NCBI GenBank assembly: GCA_015680685.1
Contig: MNCI01002932.1
Span: 191,052 to 255,051, forward strand
DNA from: Gnetum montanum
Taxonomy: Eukaryota > Plantae > Gnetophyta
Reading direction: 5' to 3'
DNA: 64,000 nucleotides
The position numbers and the translations under genes are program-made. The notes below the pieces were generated by a model. The model was not told the origin of the DNA and searched no databases. It worked only from the letters and a program-made list of their open reading frames with translations. Shown here piece by piece: positions 25,260 through 38,805 of the stretch; within the stretch, counting starts at the first letter, position 1; the number at the start of each line of letters is the position of its first letter.

Positions 25260-27339
25260 CTGTGATCATAAACATAATCCAAGATTAGTTTCTTAGACAT
25301 GGTCTTTGTTTCTTTTGGATACCCTTGTTTTTTCAATTGGTTATGTTTATTGATTAAACTTTGAAATTTCATTATTAAGTCCTTATTTAGTAATTATAGG
25401 TTTATGATATTATTTTATTCATGTTCTAAAGGAGGTTGATTATTGATATTATATCTTGTGATCATTAATTTAATATTATTTTAATATCTTATTCTAGGGA
25501 GTTAGAAAAATTTCTTAAATTTTTTTTTGTAAAACCTTAGTATTTGATGCCGCCACAACATTAACTATATCTTTAGTAGCTTGAGGATTGAAGAATGGGT
25601 AAAATTAGGTAAGTGGTGTAAAATTTATGGTTCTTGGAAGGCTCTTGAGCTTTGAAGAATGACAAAAAAAATCCTTGTGTGTTTAGAAGAAATTGTGAAA
25701 AATAAGCTAAGTGTCATGCATATATATAGTATTTTTGTCATGTGTTGATAGGGATGCATCAACGGGGCTGCATTGACTCTTTTCATTACATTAATGGGGA
25801 TACATTGACATAGCTATTTGTAGTTATATTTTTTACTTGAGATATTTAGAAATTTTTATTTAGTTTAGGATTAAAACAAGATCCAAATAGAAGCCAAAAA
25901 AATTGGAGAATCATAGCAACAACATAATCAAGGTTATGATTCACCAAATTGAAGCAAATTGAGTATGTGAAATGAGTGATTTGGAAATGTTATTGATGCA
26001 AGAATAGAGCAAAAATTTGATGTTTCAAGCTATCAATATGATCAAATGTGCAATTGATCTATGGTTAGAAAATTGAACTTAAGGTAAATCAAAAGAGATG
26101 CAAGTGGGTCCTCCCCAAAGTAGGCATATGCCTAATATGGCCTTGCATAATCTCATCACAAGGACTCTGTAGGTATCTAGAATGATGAATGGTTATTTTA
26201 AGTTAAATTCCATACTCATATGAGTAATTGTCTTAGGATTTTGCAAATTAGAAGACAAAACTATTAATTCACCATGGTATGAGGTAGTGAGGTGATAGAA
26301 AGTGAAGTGAGTGAATGATAGATATAGAATGATGGATGAATAATTTGCATCCTATTCACACAAGATCCTTGGTGAATTTTATAATTAAGATGATTTGATA
26401 TAGGTTTGTTCCAATTCTAGACCAAGAACATTCTAATCATAGTGACCTTGCATTGACATATTCCTCTTCTTCTGCCATCAAGGGCCCATGAGAACCTCAA
26501 AGAACAACCATCACTTCAAGAAAAGAAGAAAAGAGAAGAAGAAAATAGGCTAGACCTTAGTTAGAGAGGTGCCTTTAGGCATGGGTAACATGTCTTTCCA
26601 GACCGATAACCAGTGCTTGTAGCACATGAGATTATCTAATGGGTGTGCTTTGAATTCTTGTTATTGTTTTTCTATGAGAACTATACCATGCAAAGACATG
26701 CTTCCCTTTTATGATCAATGGTAGGAGTGATGATATACCAATGAAGAATCATAGAACTTAAGAAGGAAGTCAAGGAAAGAAAATAATAAATACCCTTGAG
26801 GTCACACCCTTTTCCAGTCTCACTTAGTCCTTGCCAAGTTTTTTGAATAACAAGATCACATGTTACTTTTTGTTTTAATGTGAAAGAACCTTCATGGTTC
26901 CATGATGTAGACTCTGCATGGAATAGATGGAATGAGTAGATTTCATGGATCCACTACTTGATATCATTAGAAAATTAATAGATTATTAGTAGAGAAAATA
27001 GCCTAAGGATAAAATTAACCTTTTATTAATAAATCATAATTGTGATAGCTATGTTTAACAATTTTCAAAAAATTTGCAGTAGCAATGAAACAAAATCTAA
27101 GATTTCAAATAGGACTAAATGAAAATAATAAGAAAATAACAAATAAAAAGGAAAATATATAAATTAATTAATAAAATATTAAGTGGAAAAATTATAAAGA
27201 ATGTTATAAAATAAAAAGAAGAAAAAATTATTTATTCTCATTAATGTTTTATGGTAGGTGGATATCTCCCCCATGAGTAAGTTGGAAGGAGGAGATTCAA
27301 AATATGGAGCATACTTATTCTTAATCAAATGTGTTAGTG

Positions 27340-30300
27340 TTGTTGTTGGTTACTTGGAAGACCATAAATGGTTTAAGTTATGCGATGTTGACTATCATGT
27401 GCTTTTGAGAGCTTGTTTGGTGGTAAATTACCATAGTCATCAAAGAAAAATTTGAATGGATAATGTAAGGTCTTGCACATAATATTTGAAACTTAGTTTT
27501 TTGTGGCACATGCGTGGGATTCTAATAGAGAGTCTTATCCCCTGATTTGAACATCAATATTTTGATTGTGCATCATGATGTTGATTATTGTGTGCCTTGT
27601 GTACTTTATTCATCATAAGTAATACTCTTTGGTTTTCATCTAGCATGTTGAGTGTTATGAGTCATTATTTTTGTACTAAGTTAATGTCAATGTCAAGCTC
27701 ACATGTAGTTGTGAGTGTACGGAGCTCAGTTTGAATTACTAGTTTAGGCAAATTTTCGTATCCTAACTCATAGGGAGAGTAGCATATAGGAAGTTTCCAT
27801 GTTGAGCAATATGAACAAAGGGAATTTTTGAGTTTTGTGCTCCAATGTTTCCTATATCTACTAATGGTTCATGTTATAATTCTTGTGAGTTCCCTATTGG
27901 TGACCTTTACTTGACCATTGGCTTAGGGGTGATAGGGTGTTATGAGTTTATGTTTCACCCTTAAGAATTGCATTAACTTATGAAAAGTAGGACCTATGAA
28001 ATATGTTCCATTGTCTGAAATTAGTGCTTTAGGTATACCAAACCTGTTTACCACCCATTTTTGGAAAAATTGGGTTGTAGTGGTAGATGTATAATTCGAT
28101 ACAAATGTAGCTTCAACCCATTTGGTATAGTAGTCAATGGTAGCTATAATATGTACTATCCCTTTAGACATGGAAGTTATGGATTCCATAAAGTTAATTC
28201 TCCAAAGGGTAAAAGACTTTAGTGGTTAAATCCATTGTTGGATTCCTTCCACTCAAATGATCATTTCTCCATCTAATTGACATCTCTCACATGAATGGGA
28301 GAAATGGTGATCATCCCTAAATATTGTTGATCAAAACTCTCCTGATATGGGGAATTTTATGGTTGTCCTTCTTTCTATGTGGTGGCCCCTGAAAGGACCT
28401 TTGTGAGCATCTTGGAGGACTCTCAATTGATCTGTGTTAGGTACACACCATCATGCTAGGTCATTGGTAGAAGCCTTGTAGAGGTTCTCTTCTATCTCCA
28501 TGTAATGTTTGACTTTGTGAAGAAACTACTATTTCTTTCTATGATCTCATTCAATAGGAGTCTCTTATATGAGTAAATATGAGAGGAACTCATAATACCA
28601 ATTTGTGACCCTTGGTGCTTGAACTTTCATGAACTTAGCAAAGAGAAGTTCATCTAGAAATTAATTAGATAAATGTTCTTCATCCCCATTCCTATCCCAT
28701 CTTAATTAAGAAAAATAATATAAAATTATATTCTCGGTCTCTTTTCTATCCATCATGATGAGATCCAATTCTTGTAAGATCACCAACCACCATATAACTT
28801 AGGGGCTTATCATTGGTTTATTCATTAGGAAGTAGATTACATTGGGGTCTGTATGCATAAAAATTTGGTATTCAAGCACATAGTGTTTGAATTTTACTAA
28901 GCAATACACCATCATCTTGAGTTCCTTTTTAGTGGTGTCATAGTTGAATTATGTACCCATAATGCTCCTACTTGCACAATGGATATAATATGGACATTTT
29001 TTTATCATCCATTTATGTAAGGATTGCTTTGAAGCCATTGTTAGTTATGTTTGTTATGATATGAAATGATTTGGGCCAATTTGGTGCACATAGAAGTGAA
29101 GTTTCTACAAGTTTTTGCTTTAACTATTAGAATGCTTGTTCACATTCCTTGGTCCATTGAAAGACTGCATCTTTCTTAGTGAGCTCTACTAACGTTTTGA
29201 TGATTTTAGAGAAATTTTCAATGAAGCACCTATAGTAATGCATATGACCAAGGAATGATCTCACATCTTTAATAGTTTGAGATTGTTTGATTATTCCTTG
29301 GATGATCCTTACTTTTTTAGGGTCTATTTTAATTCTTTTCCTTGAAATCCTATGTCCCATGACAATGTCATCTTGGACCATCAAGTGACTCTTCTGCCAC
29401 TTGATCCATAGGAGTTTTTCTACACATCATTTTACTACTTGTCTAAGATGGTCCAATGTCTGTTCGACATTAGTTTCATTGGTAGAGACGTTATTCCTGA
29501 AGACTTCCATACTACTACCAACCTACAATTAAAGGATGCTTAAAAGTAAGCATTGGAAAGTTGCAGGAGCATTACAGAGACTAAAAGACATCTTCTTATA
29601 TATAAAAGTTCCCCAAGGACTTGTGAAAGTTATCTTGGTCTAGTCTTCAGGTGCAATTTGGATTTGATTATAATCATCATAATAATCCAAAAAAAATAGG
29701 AGTTATGTCCTACAATTCTATCCAATAATTGATCCATAAATGAAAACCAAAAATGATCTTTCAATATGGCTATGTTTAATAGCCTAAAGTTTATAAAGAT
29801 CCTTCATTATCCTCCTTTTTTGGCATAATAGCAACTGTACTTAGCTAGTTCCTATCGGCCATAGGATAGATGAATCCTAACTTAAGAAGTTTTTGAAATT
29901 CATTTTTATCAACTTATTCCAGCTTTGGATTTAGCCTTCTTTACAACTACTTCTTTGGCTTAATGATAAAGTCTATATAGATTTGGTGTTGGCATATGCA
30001 CGGATCAATTCTAGTCAATTTATCATATGACTAGGTAAAGTCTATTAATCATTTGTTTATAACTTTTAGCAAATTTACTTTTTGTTCTTTAGTAAGATTG
30101 ACATTGAGGATTATTGGCTTGCCATTATCAAGAAATGCATACTCTAGAGTTGCTGGTAAAGTTTTGAATTCAAGGAGTTCTCATTTAGAGTTATAAGAAA
30201 TTTACAACTATCCCCAATCCATTTCTACTTCAATGTGGAAGAGGTAGTTTTGGATTTGCTCCATTTCATCCATCTTATTAATATAATCACTTATGAAAAG

Positions 30301-30930
30301 CTTAACTGGTTTCATGCATATTGTTGAGTTAGAGAGGTATCATATGTTGTTAGCAATTGGATCCCCTCTTATTTTGTGGCTATTGTGTACATGCACCTTT
30401 GAGCTTTTAAAATTTTGACATACTTATTGCATGTTGTGATGGATGTGCTCTTTACGGTCCAAATTTTTTGTATGTAATGACATCCTGTGTCACTGTACAT
30501 GATGCATGGAAACCTCTTCTTCTTTACTTTTGCAAAGTTATTTTTCTTGAAGATTTCTAAGAAAAGGTGTCAGAACCCTAGCTTGGCATTAATTATGCTT
30601 AGCCAAGTGCTTCCCATGATAATTGGGAAGTTTCCTTTATAGTTTTCCACATGGATTATTAAGAAATCTTCTAGATAAGATCATTAACAAATGGTGGTTA
30701 CAATATCCTCCACTAATCCCAAGGGAATGGTGATGGATTAATCATTGAGCTCTAATTTGATATTACATTTCATTGATGAAGGCAGGTTCCAAGTTTTATA
30801 TATCTCATGGTAGATTAGGTTGACCCTAGAACCTAAGTCTAGTAGAGCTTTACAAGGATCATTTCATGCAATTTGTAAGTAGATTAGTGAACTTTTGAAA
30901 TTAGATATTTTCCTTAGAAAGTTTCCTTAC
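27340..30930 (-). pseudogene. pol of element B (PR-RT-RH-INT)
   Basis: IDYYTKWVEA, NRFGIP..LISDNGTYF, TPYHP; DVRSFLGH..YYRCFIENFSKI; KALLDLGSRVNL. Confidence 0.9.
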
Positions 30931-31576
30931 TTAATCTAGTTAGTATCTACATGAGTTAACATGACAATATGCACATTTTGGGATCTTTGGTTTGTAGGAA
31001 GCTTGTTGATAACTTGTGAAATAGTAGCAAGGATTACCAGTCATGGATACTTGCAAGGGCTTAGGGGGACTATTAACTCTAAAGAAAACCCTTTTCCTAG
31101 GCTTACATTCAAAACCACTAAAATTATAATCTTGCTATAAGTTCAAGGCCCTCTTGGTATTGCATTACTAAGGTTGCAATGGAATTTCTCCTTACATAGG
31201 TATTATAGGTGAGAAGGGAGTAGAATTAGACAGTGTGGAATGTTGTTATGGATAATGAGGATAAGTAGAAGGAGACTCAACTCACGAAATGAAGTATGGT
31301 TTGCAAATTCATGAGGAGATATGGATTGTTGGACATAGTAATCATATGGGTTTGGCTTATGGAAAGGATAGTATGGGTTTTTCCATTGTTGATAATAATC
31401 ATGAAGTTGAGGTGGTATGTTAGGTACTTTATTCTTGTGTTCTTGCACTATAGAATGTGGGAATCAATCAAATGGAGGATTGTGGGTTACATGAGGGTAA
31501 GGTTGCTAGAATTATGATGAATAAAACTCAACATTAATTCACTCTTAAAGAAATGATCATCTTCATTCAAATTCAA

Positions 31577-34543
31577 TACAATAATCTCATTTCAATAATA
31601 TCATTAAACTTAATTCTATATCTTCAAAATTTCTGAATGTCTATCTGTATATCTATCTCTCTACATATCTTTATGTATATCTATATCTCCTCTTATATTT
31701 TTGCTTTAATTTGGCATGAAAAAACTTTGATTAATGGTTGCAATAAAGTTTGGCTAACATCTATGACTTGGATGTGAGTTGTAGCTAGGTCATAACTCCT
31801 TGCTTGAAGAAGAATCATCGAGTCAGTTAACTACTATGAGGAACTATGATTAGTAGTCTTAGTCAATCATTTCCAATGATCAAGTATTCAAATCCTAATG
31901 ATCTAGTAACCAAATTAGATCAAAAGGTTCATAGTGACTACAATATGGATGTGAGTTATAGGGACTTACATTGATGGATTTACATTTCTATTACAAAATG
32001 AGTTATGAGTGGCTGCAAACTTCATTTGAAAGAAACATGGATGTTGCAAGCTCATGTAGGTTACATGAGCATGCAATATCTTACCAAACTCAAATTCAAC
32101 ATTCTGTGTTGTTGCCATCTCCATTCAAAGCTAACTCCAATTGTTTCTCAGTCCTCAATCTTTTGAAATTAACTCTTAATAGTTGTAGGATAGGCATTGT
32201 TTTCTTAATGAGTTTGAAACTTATTGGAAATTAAATTATGAGTGAAGACACTAAACTGTGGATTGCATAAAATCATAGCTGCCCATCCAAGTCTAAAAGA
32301 TGAAGGAAACCAAGAGCAAGGAGCATCAATTCATGTCCTAACATAGCCCTCAACTAGTTCTTTATTGTCCTGATAAAAGAAAATAGAAGAACACATGTGA
32401 ATTGATGGGAATACAATAAATAAGAAGCACATAATAGAATTAATCCTGCCTATCATAACATCTAAAAACATACACAAGAGAAAGAAAAGAAGAAGTGGGA
32501 AATAAGAGTGCTCAAGAGTAGTTGAGCCTTCCCTTGAAGAGGATGTAGGAGCATGTGTTGAAGGAGGAGGTTAAGGTGCATCATCACCTACCTCCTTACT
32601 CATAAAATCCTCTTCTATCACCTCATCATCCACCTAGTTTGTAGCACCAAATGATCTAGCCTAGTTTGCATCAATGATCAGGAACCCCATGGGTATAAAC
32701 TTTGGAAGTACATATTTACCAAGCTCTTGGTAACTAACTATCTAGTGCAACTCCCTTATCTCGAAAAGCAAATGATGCTCCAAGATCTCCACATTGGAGG
32801 CTAACCAATATTGTCTCCTCTCAAGTTAATTGCAGTGAGCATGGAGACACATCTCCATCTCATTACAATGTGTAATGAGACTCACCTATAGGGCATCCAA
32901 TTTGGCCATGAGCCAAGTTTTGGCTTTCATCAAAGCCTAGTTAGCACTGACCATACCCTCCCACTACTATGGCTATTATATGTTAGCATAGTAGGCCTTC
33001 CAAGTGGCCTTACCTTCATCTCTAGGGACACGTGGATTAGGAATCCACTAGACCTCCTCATTCCATGTCCTGGGTAGTTGCTGAGTGTAAAAGAGACATT
33101 CCACATTTGGAAACTAGTCCTTTCCCCATGCAAAAATCTCCTTGATGGGTAGGATAGGTGGTTAAATCCAAAAATGCTAATACAATGCCAAGATCACTGA
33201 TGAGAAGGGAACCCCATTGGCATCTCAAACTACCAATTCCATTCTGGATAAAAAGATAAATGGATAGTTGAGTGTGTAAGGATACTTTAAGTCACTCCTC
33301 ACCAACATGCTAAAGGACCTGACATATGTCAAATGAGAGCTGCTAAGAATGTTTATCACTACCCTTGTAAGAACCCTCCTTTTAGAAGAAAGGTTCTTGT
33401 AGGAACATTCTATCTTATCCATGGCTACATCATGGAAGAGCTCAACTAATCAAGTCCTCCGTTCTGATGATGCTATTACAAATTGTTGTTTGATTAATCC
33501 TACCTACATCTCAAGAACCTCAAAAATTAGGGCCTCACTGATGTCATAGGACCTTGTGCCAATGTGAAGAGTCCATGATGCATGCAAGGTCCTTTAGAAT
33601 ATCAGGTAGAGCTGATAAGCCTCTTGGTCATAGAACACCTCACCTCCTATCAAGAAAATTTCAAGTTGTGCACTATCAAAGAAGTTGCAACCGGTGAATT
33701 CACTACTTTCATAAGGGACTTGAAGTTCCTAGGTGTTCTCAATGGCACTGTAAGAAACTTCACCTCCCGACACTCGCACTCCAAATGCTCTATGTGCTCC
33801 TTATGAGTGCATTCTTGCTCCTCATCTTGAGCATGTTTCCGTGCTATTGGATTTGTAGCTACTAAAGATTATTGTTGAGTATGCCCCCTCTTATAATTGG
33901 ATACAAGAGAAGTTCCTTACTACATGGAACATTAGTACATACAATGATAATATAATGCATAAAAGAGAACATGAAACAAAATACAATCAAAAGAATAATA
34001 TCAAAATTACAAATAACATAATGTAAATGAATTACAAAAGGTACAAAAAAACTATAAAAATCTACACTAGCAATTTCCAAATCTTAACAATATTAGTGCC
34101 CCTAACAAGGTCTATGTTGTCCACAACATATATACCTAGTGTAGAGAAGGAAAATAAATATTCATGGTAGTAATACAATTTTGAATTATGCAATAATAAA
34201 TCTATTTAAGAACTAATAATGGATTCACTACTATAGCATAAATGTATTACACAATGAATACCACATTGAATATCATACTATTATATGTTTCTTAAATTGA
34301 ATTTATTGTTTTCCCAGTTCTAGCTTAGAGAAAGCCCAAATTGATATTGAACTATTTATAACCTAGGATAACTACAAGAAAATATAATGCCCACTCTTAA
34401 TAAAATTCCAATTTTTATTGCTCATGCACATATCCTAGCATTATCTTGCTATAGTAGATATGATTATCTTAGTTTCTAACTACGTATTTAGCAAGAACAA
34501 GAAGCTTCTAAAAGAAAACAAAAAAACCTAGTTCTATACAACA
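31577..34543 (-). mobile_element. ~3 kb foreign retroelement-like segment inside gag of element B, with a decayed ORF at ~32500-33850
   Basis: Not homologous to elements A or C at this position; starts TGTTG on the - strand; CATTCAAATTCA repeated at both borders; ORF remnant EVFYDQEAYQLY..LHIGTRSYDISEALIFEVL. Confidence 0.5.
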
Positions 34544-34549
34544 TTCAAA

Positions 34550-35620
34550 TTCATAAACAATGCTTGGAAGTGAGTTCCATGGATCATGGTCTTGAGCAAT
34601 ATTAGATCGTTGAGACCTACGTCCTTTTCCTAATCATACATATGGACCTCTTTCTTGTGAAGAGTTGGGTCCTAGTTATATTCCTCTACAATCTCCCTTT
34701 TACATAGTTCTCTTTCTTCCCTTGCAACTTATTTAATTAGCCTTTTGTATCTAGTGGGCTGTCAACTTTGATAATTTCCTTAGGCATAGATCCCAAGATT
34801 TTCCCTTATTTTATTACAAATCCCATATATGATGTGACAAAGTTGCTCTTATAGTATCTACCCAATGCTACTTTTAGGGATTCATAGTTTTCTTGCTTCC
34901 ATCCTTAGATCTTTTTTCTTAGATTGGATACTCTTAAATAGTTTTTTAATTTCTCATTGAAGAGCTTAAGCATTATGAATCACTAGTGAATTGAATCTGA
35001 TTCTAATGATCTATACCAGCTTTCAACTTCTATTATTTTCCTAGGAAAGAAGTTAAGCTTTTGTCACTTACTTTTGATATTTTGTAAGGTGTAGGCATCA
35101 TGGAAGGCTTGTAGATGATGTTGTGGATTAGAATTATAGCCTTTCTCAGATTTAGAAATGTTATTTATATCAAGCCATTAGATGCAACTTTCTCTTTGAT
35201 TCCTGTGAGGTATTTGAACTACCTCCATCATCTATATCATGCTTCTAGTAGCCAATAAGGAGTCATCATCATCATACATGTCATGGTGATAATGTATATT
35301 TTTATTTTTCTGATTATAATGATCTCTTCTATGCTCCATTTGATACCTAGTATCTTTTCTTTGATTTCCATTTCTATCTCTATCATGACCCCTTAGTAGA
35401 GCTCTATCTTTATATCTATGTTCATCTTTGTTAGAACTAGACGTTGAAGATGTAGAGAAAGATGGTGGACTAGGAGACTTTCCATGGCTTCTATATCTCC
35501 TCCTATGGTTCTTGATTCATCTCTTTTAGGTTTGGAGAAGGTCCTAGGCCTTGAGGCCCTCCTTGTTCTATGACTTGTTCCATCTCCTCTAGGATTTTCT
35601 ATGACAGTTGAACATAGTCC
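34550..35620 (-). pseudogene. gag of element B
   Basis: Collinear with gag of elements A and C (NPQHHLQAFHDAY, KLNFFP, EVESWYRSLE). Confidence 0.8.
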
Positions 35621-35898
35621 TTAAATATATTAAGGATCAGAATGAGCATATGAGATCCTTGCTTATAGTGTTTAATTGTGATGCTCTTCAATATATATCC
35701 TATCCTTTTTTCTATTAGAGTTATTGTCATGTGATGGATTATCGGTCCTATGTAAATGAGACATGATTTTAATTAATAATGTATATTTTGCATAAAATAT
35801 TAATATTTTCTAAAAAATAAATTATTAATGCTTTTACAACAATCATTTATAATATAACTAATCTAGATCACTAGCACCATCCTTAGCAATGGTGCTAA

Positions 35899-36717
35899 TG
35901 ATGATTAGTGGGTATTCCCTATGTGCAACCATACAAATCACAAGCATTGATTGTAGGTCATTGTCTTCCCACTTGAAGTACTAGTAGCTTTATTACTTAT
36001 GGTTTAATTCAAAGTGAGGCATATGATTATGATGTTGTGCGGCTATGGATAAGTTATATGAAATCATGAAAGTTAATTATTTAATTAATGTAACTAATAA
36101 TAAGAAGATAAATCCTAAACTATCCTAAGGGTGATAAGTGTGTGTTCCCCCATTACTGGGATCACCAAGTATTGTGCTAATGGATGAACCAAGTAATAAT
36201 GTTGCTAGAATTACCAAACAAAAATGTTTTTACACTCAAAAATCGTCACACTAATTCCGCCAATTGATTAACATGCATGGAAATGTAAATATTACCTAAA
36301 CACATAGAAAGTAAATTACATTGAAAGTAAATATATTTTAAGTCAAATTTTTGCAATTAATATGAATAAATCTCGACCTTATTATTGTTCATGGAATGTA
36401 TCCAAGTATAATGCTACTCAAATAAGATGTTGTACAATTGACTCAAATCCACAATGCAAGCACTCACTAACTACTTGCTAAGATTATAGAATAAAACTAC
36501 AAGAGTATGACTACACTATTGACCAAATAATACCAAATATGAGATGGGTTCTTGCATATTTATAGGTGAATAAAGGCATTATGTTGATAGGAATGTGCTA
36601 ATTTATTTGGCTATGTCGATGGAGATGCATCGATGTAGCTAAGTTATAGTAGATGTGATATAACATATACGATATAACATCTAATACAAACTAAACTCAA
36701 CATTTCCTTCCTTTCAT
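35899..36717 (-). repeat. 5' LTR of element B (right end approximate)
   Basis: TGATGA terminus adjoining the PBS remnant; shares GTATTCCCTATG..CAACCATACAAA and GATGG.GATGCAT motifs with 22468-23357. Confidence 0.7.
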
Positions 36718-36724
36718 CTTTTAA

Positions 36725-37702
36725 CATGCATAATTGTTGGATTGGTTTGAGTGTTAAAGTCTCCATGACATTAATATTTCTAAAATGTCTACAAGTTTTT
36801 CTTACTGGTTTTCTAAAGTGTTACTATTCAAGATCCTCATAATGGTTTTCTTAAATTTTCTGGGATTAATGGCCATCGTGTTTTTCCATGTTGGTCCAAA
36901 ATTGTGTATACTCTTATTTGTTCTAATACTAATATTTGGCCAAAATTCAATTATCTTTAGAAGATTAATCATAATGTGTAGTTATGGAAGCAACGGATTC
37001 AGAAGATATGGAATGCCACTAGTCCTTCAAAAATTAGACATTTTTTGTGATATTTGATTCATCAAGATTTTCTTATTAGTATTCAATGCTCTCATTTAGG
37101 TGTTCATGACCCAAGATGTCATATTTATAATATGGAAGACACATTTATCCATTTTTTTTAACTTTTCCCCTTGCTTAAAGATCTTGGACTTACTGTAGTA
37201 GGTATTTACATGGCTTTCAATCAAGATTAAATGAAGTTTTATTTGGTGGCACTCCTCAACTTCAAGAAATTCTACTTCATACTTGACATTTCTTTCATCC
37301 ACTTATTCTTTATTCCATCTAAAAGTTTCGATGTAATGTGGTTTCTCACAAAGATTCTTTCACTAATTTTTTTCCATTGTTAGTTCAAGATGACATCATT
37401 CAATGGTTGATGTTTTAGCTGAATTTCTAAATGTTTCTCTAATTAGTTTTTTTTATTAATAAGAAGCCTTTTATAGAGAGTAAAAATCCATTTGGGTGCT
37501 TTTGAATTATGGCAAGATCTAATCTTCTTCCTACCCAAGAGTATAGGTTTTTTAGGATTGGATGTAAGGATGAAACCTTGAAAAGGCCTTCAAAACTGTT
37601 GGCCTTTTTTTTTTATTGTTTTTGAGTTTCTCCTCTACTTCTTTACTTTTGTACTCTAAATTTTGTATTTTTAATATATCTATTTTTTAAGGTCTGACAC
37701 CC
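36725..37702 (+). mobile_element. L1 3' fragments (zf-RVT-like region and 3' UTR) with an unrelated segment at ~37085-37410
   Basis: WKQRIQKIWNATSPSKIRHF..LIHQ; 3' UTR similar to 22020-22150 and 62820-62960; terminal GGTCTGACACCC. Confidence 0.7.
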
Positions 37703-38118
37703 ATAATGAATCCTATGTATACTACTTGGCTAGTCTAATCATTATACCTATTTGTCCAAGTTTCAATCTAAGCCCATGTCTTTGCTAGTAATATTACATT
37801 GAATCACCCTAGGTTTACTACCATAAGACCAACCATAACCACATGAAAATACCATCACTTTTCAAGATAAAAATAGGAAATAAATATTACATTCATGTTA
37901 TAATTAATTAGTTAAAACATTTAGCAATGGTGTGATTGATAGAGTTTTTCTATGCCTCCATCTTGTCTAGTTCATACCTGCATAGTTTTAAGAAGATAAA
38001 ATATATTTGAAGTAAAATGTTTGAAATACTAAGAAAGAACAAAATCTTAATAATTAAAGAAATAAAATAAAGCCAAACTTAGTAGTGCAAATGTGACATT
38101 TGATAAGTACTTTCAAGT

Positions 38119-38370
38119 CATCATCATCATCTTAAGCCTTATCTCAACAAAATGGGGTTGACTACATGAATTATTTTTCATGATTAACCTCTATGAAAAA
38201 CTAGATCTTTGTTTATTTGCAAATTTTTCAAATCATCTTTGACTATTTTTTCCCCATATCTTCTTTGGTCTTCCTATTTCCTAGAATAGTGATATAGCAA
38301 CCTTTGTTTAGGCTTATTGTTAGATCTTATTTGCATATGTCCAAGCCATCTAAGCTATCATTCTTATTGC
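38119..38370 (-). mobile_element. RTE-clade LINE 3' end with (GAT)n tail
   Basis: LRWLGHMQ and GRPKKIW on the - strand, 3' motif CATGTAGTCAACCCCA...GATAAGGCTT followed by GATGATGATGAT. Confidence 0.8.
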
Positions 38371-38469
38371 CTTAATAAGTACTTTTTAGTAATTTTCAAA
38401 AATGGTGGTTGAACTGTTACTGCTAATGTTGAGTTCAATCCAACTCTATGTGATAATTTTTTTAAGATT

Positions 38470-38805
38470 TTCAAATATGGGAAGCAAAAGGAATAATAGA
38501 ATTGATATTATATATATTGCCTCTGCACATGGAGGGTAGTGAATTTAATTGATAGAAAAAGCTATACCTTCCCAAGTTGTGAAATCGAAATTGAGATTTG
38601 GAATTTGGAACAAAATTGTTTCAATAAATTTTTAAATATGAAAGTAGAAGGAATACTAGAATTGAGATTATACATATTTCCCCTGAACAAGGGGGGTAAT
38701 GATTTCAATTGATAAAAAAAGTTATACCTTCCTAAGTTGTGAGATCTAAAATCTAAATTAATATTTGGAATTTGGCACATAATTGTTCACTAAATTTTCA
38801 AATGT
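38470..38805. repeat. Two diverged tandem copies of a ~161-bp unit
   Basis: TATACCTTCC(C/T)AAGTTGTGA...TTTGGAATTTGG recurs at ~38563 and ~38723. Confidence 0.8.

Larger units (their letters stand above)
22468..36717 (-). mobile_element. Athila-type Ty3/gypsy element B (old or chimeric) with extra env-like ORF and an internal insertion
   Basis: LTR-like ends 22468-23357 and 35899-~36717, PBS remnant at 35880-35898, PPT remnant at 23358-23368, pol collinear with element A; LTRs poorly matched, no TSD found, right boundary approximate. Confidence 0.85.

Noticed and set aside
33196-33232. Hammerhead-ribozyme-like CTGATGAG...CTCAAAC
   Set aside because: Lacks GAAA and stems I and III; lies antisense within a decayed ORF. 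The TGATGA at LTR ends is simply the terminal inverted repeat.
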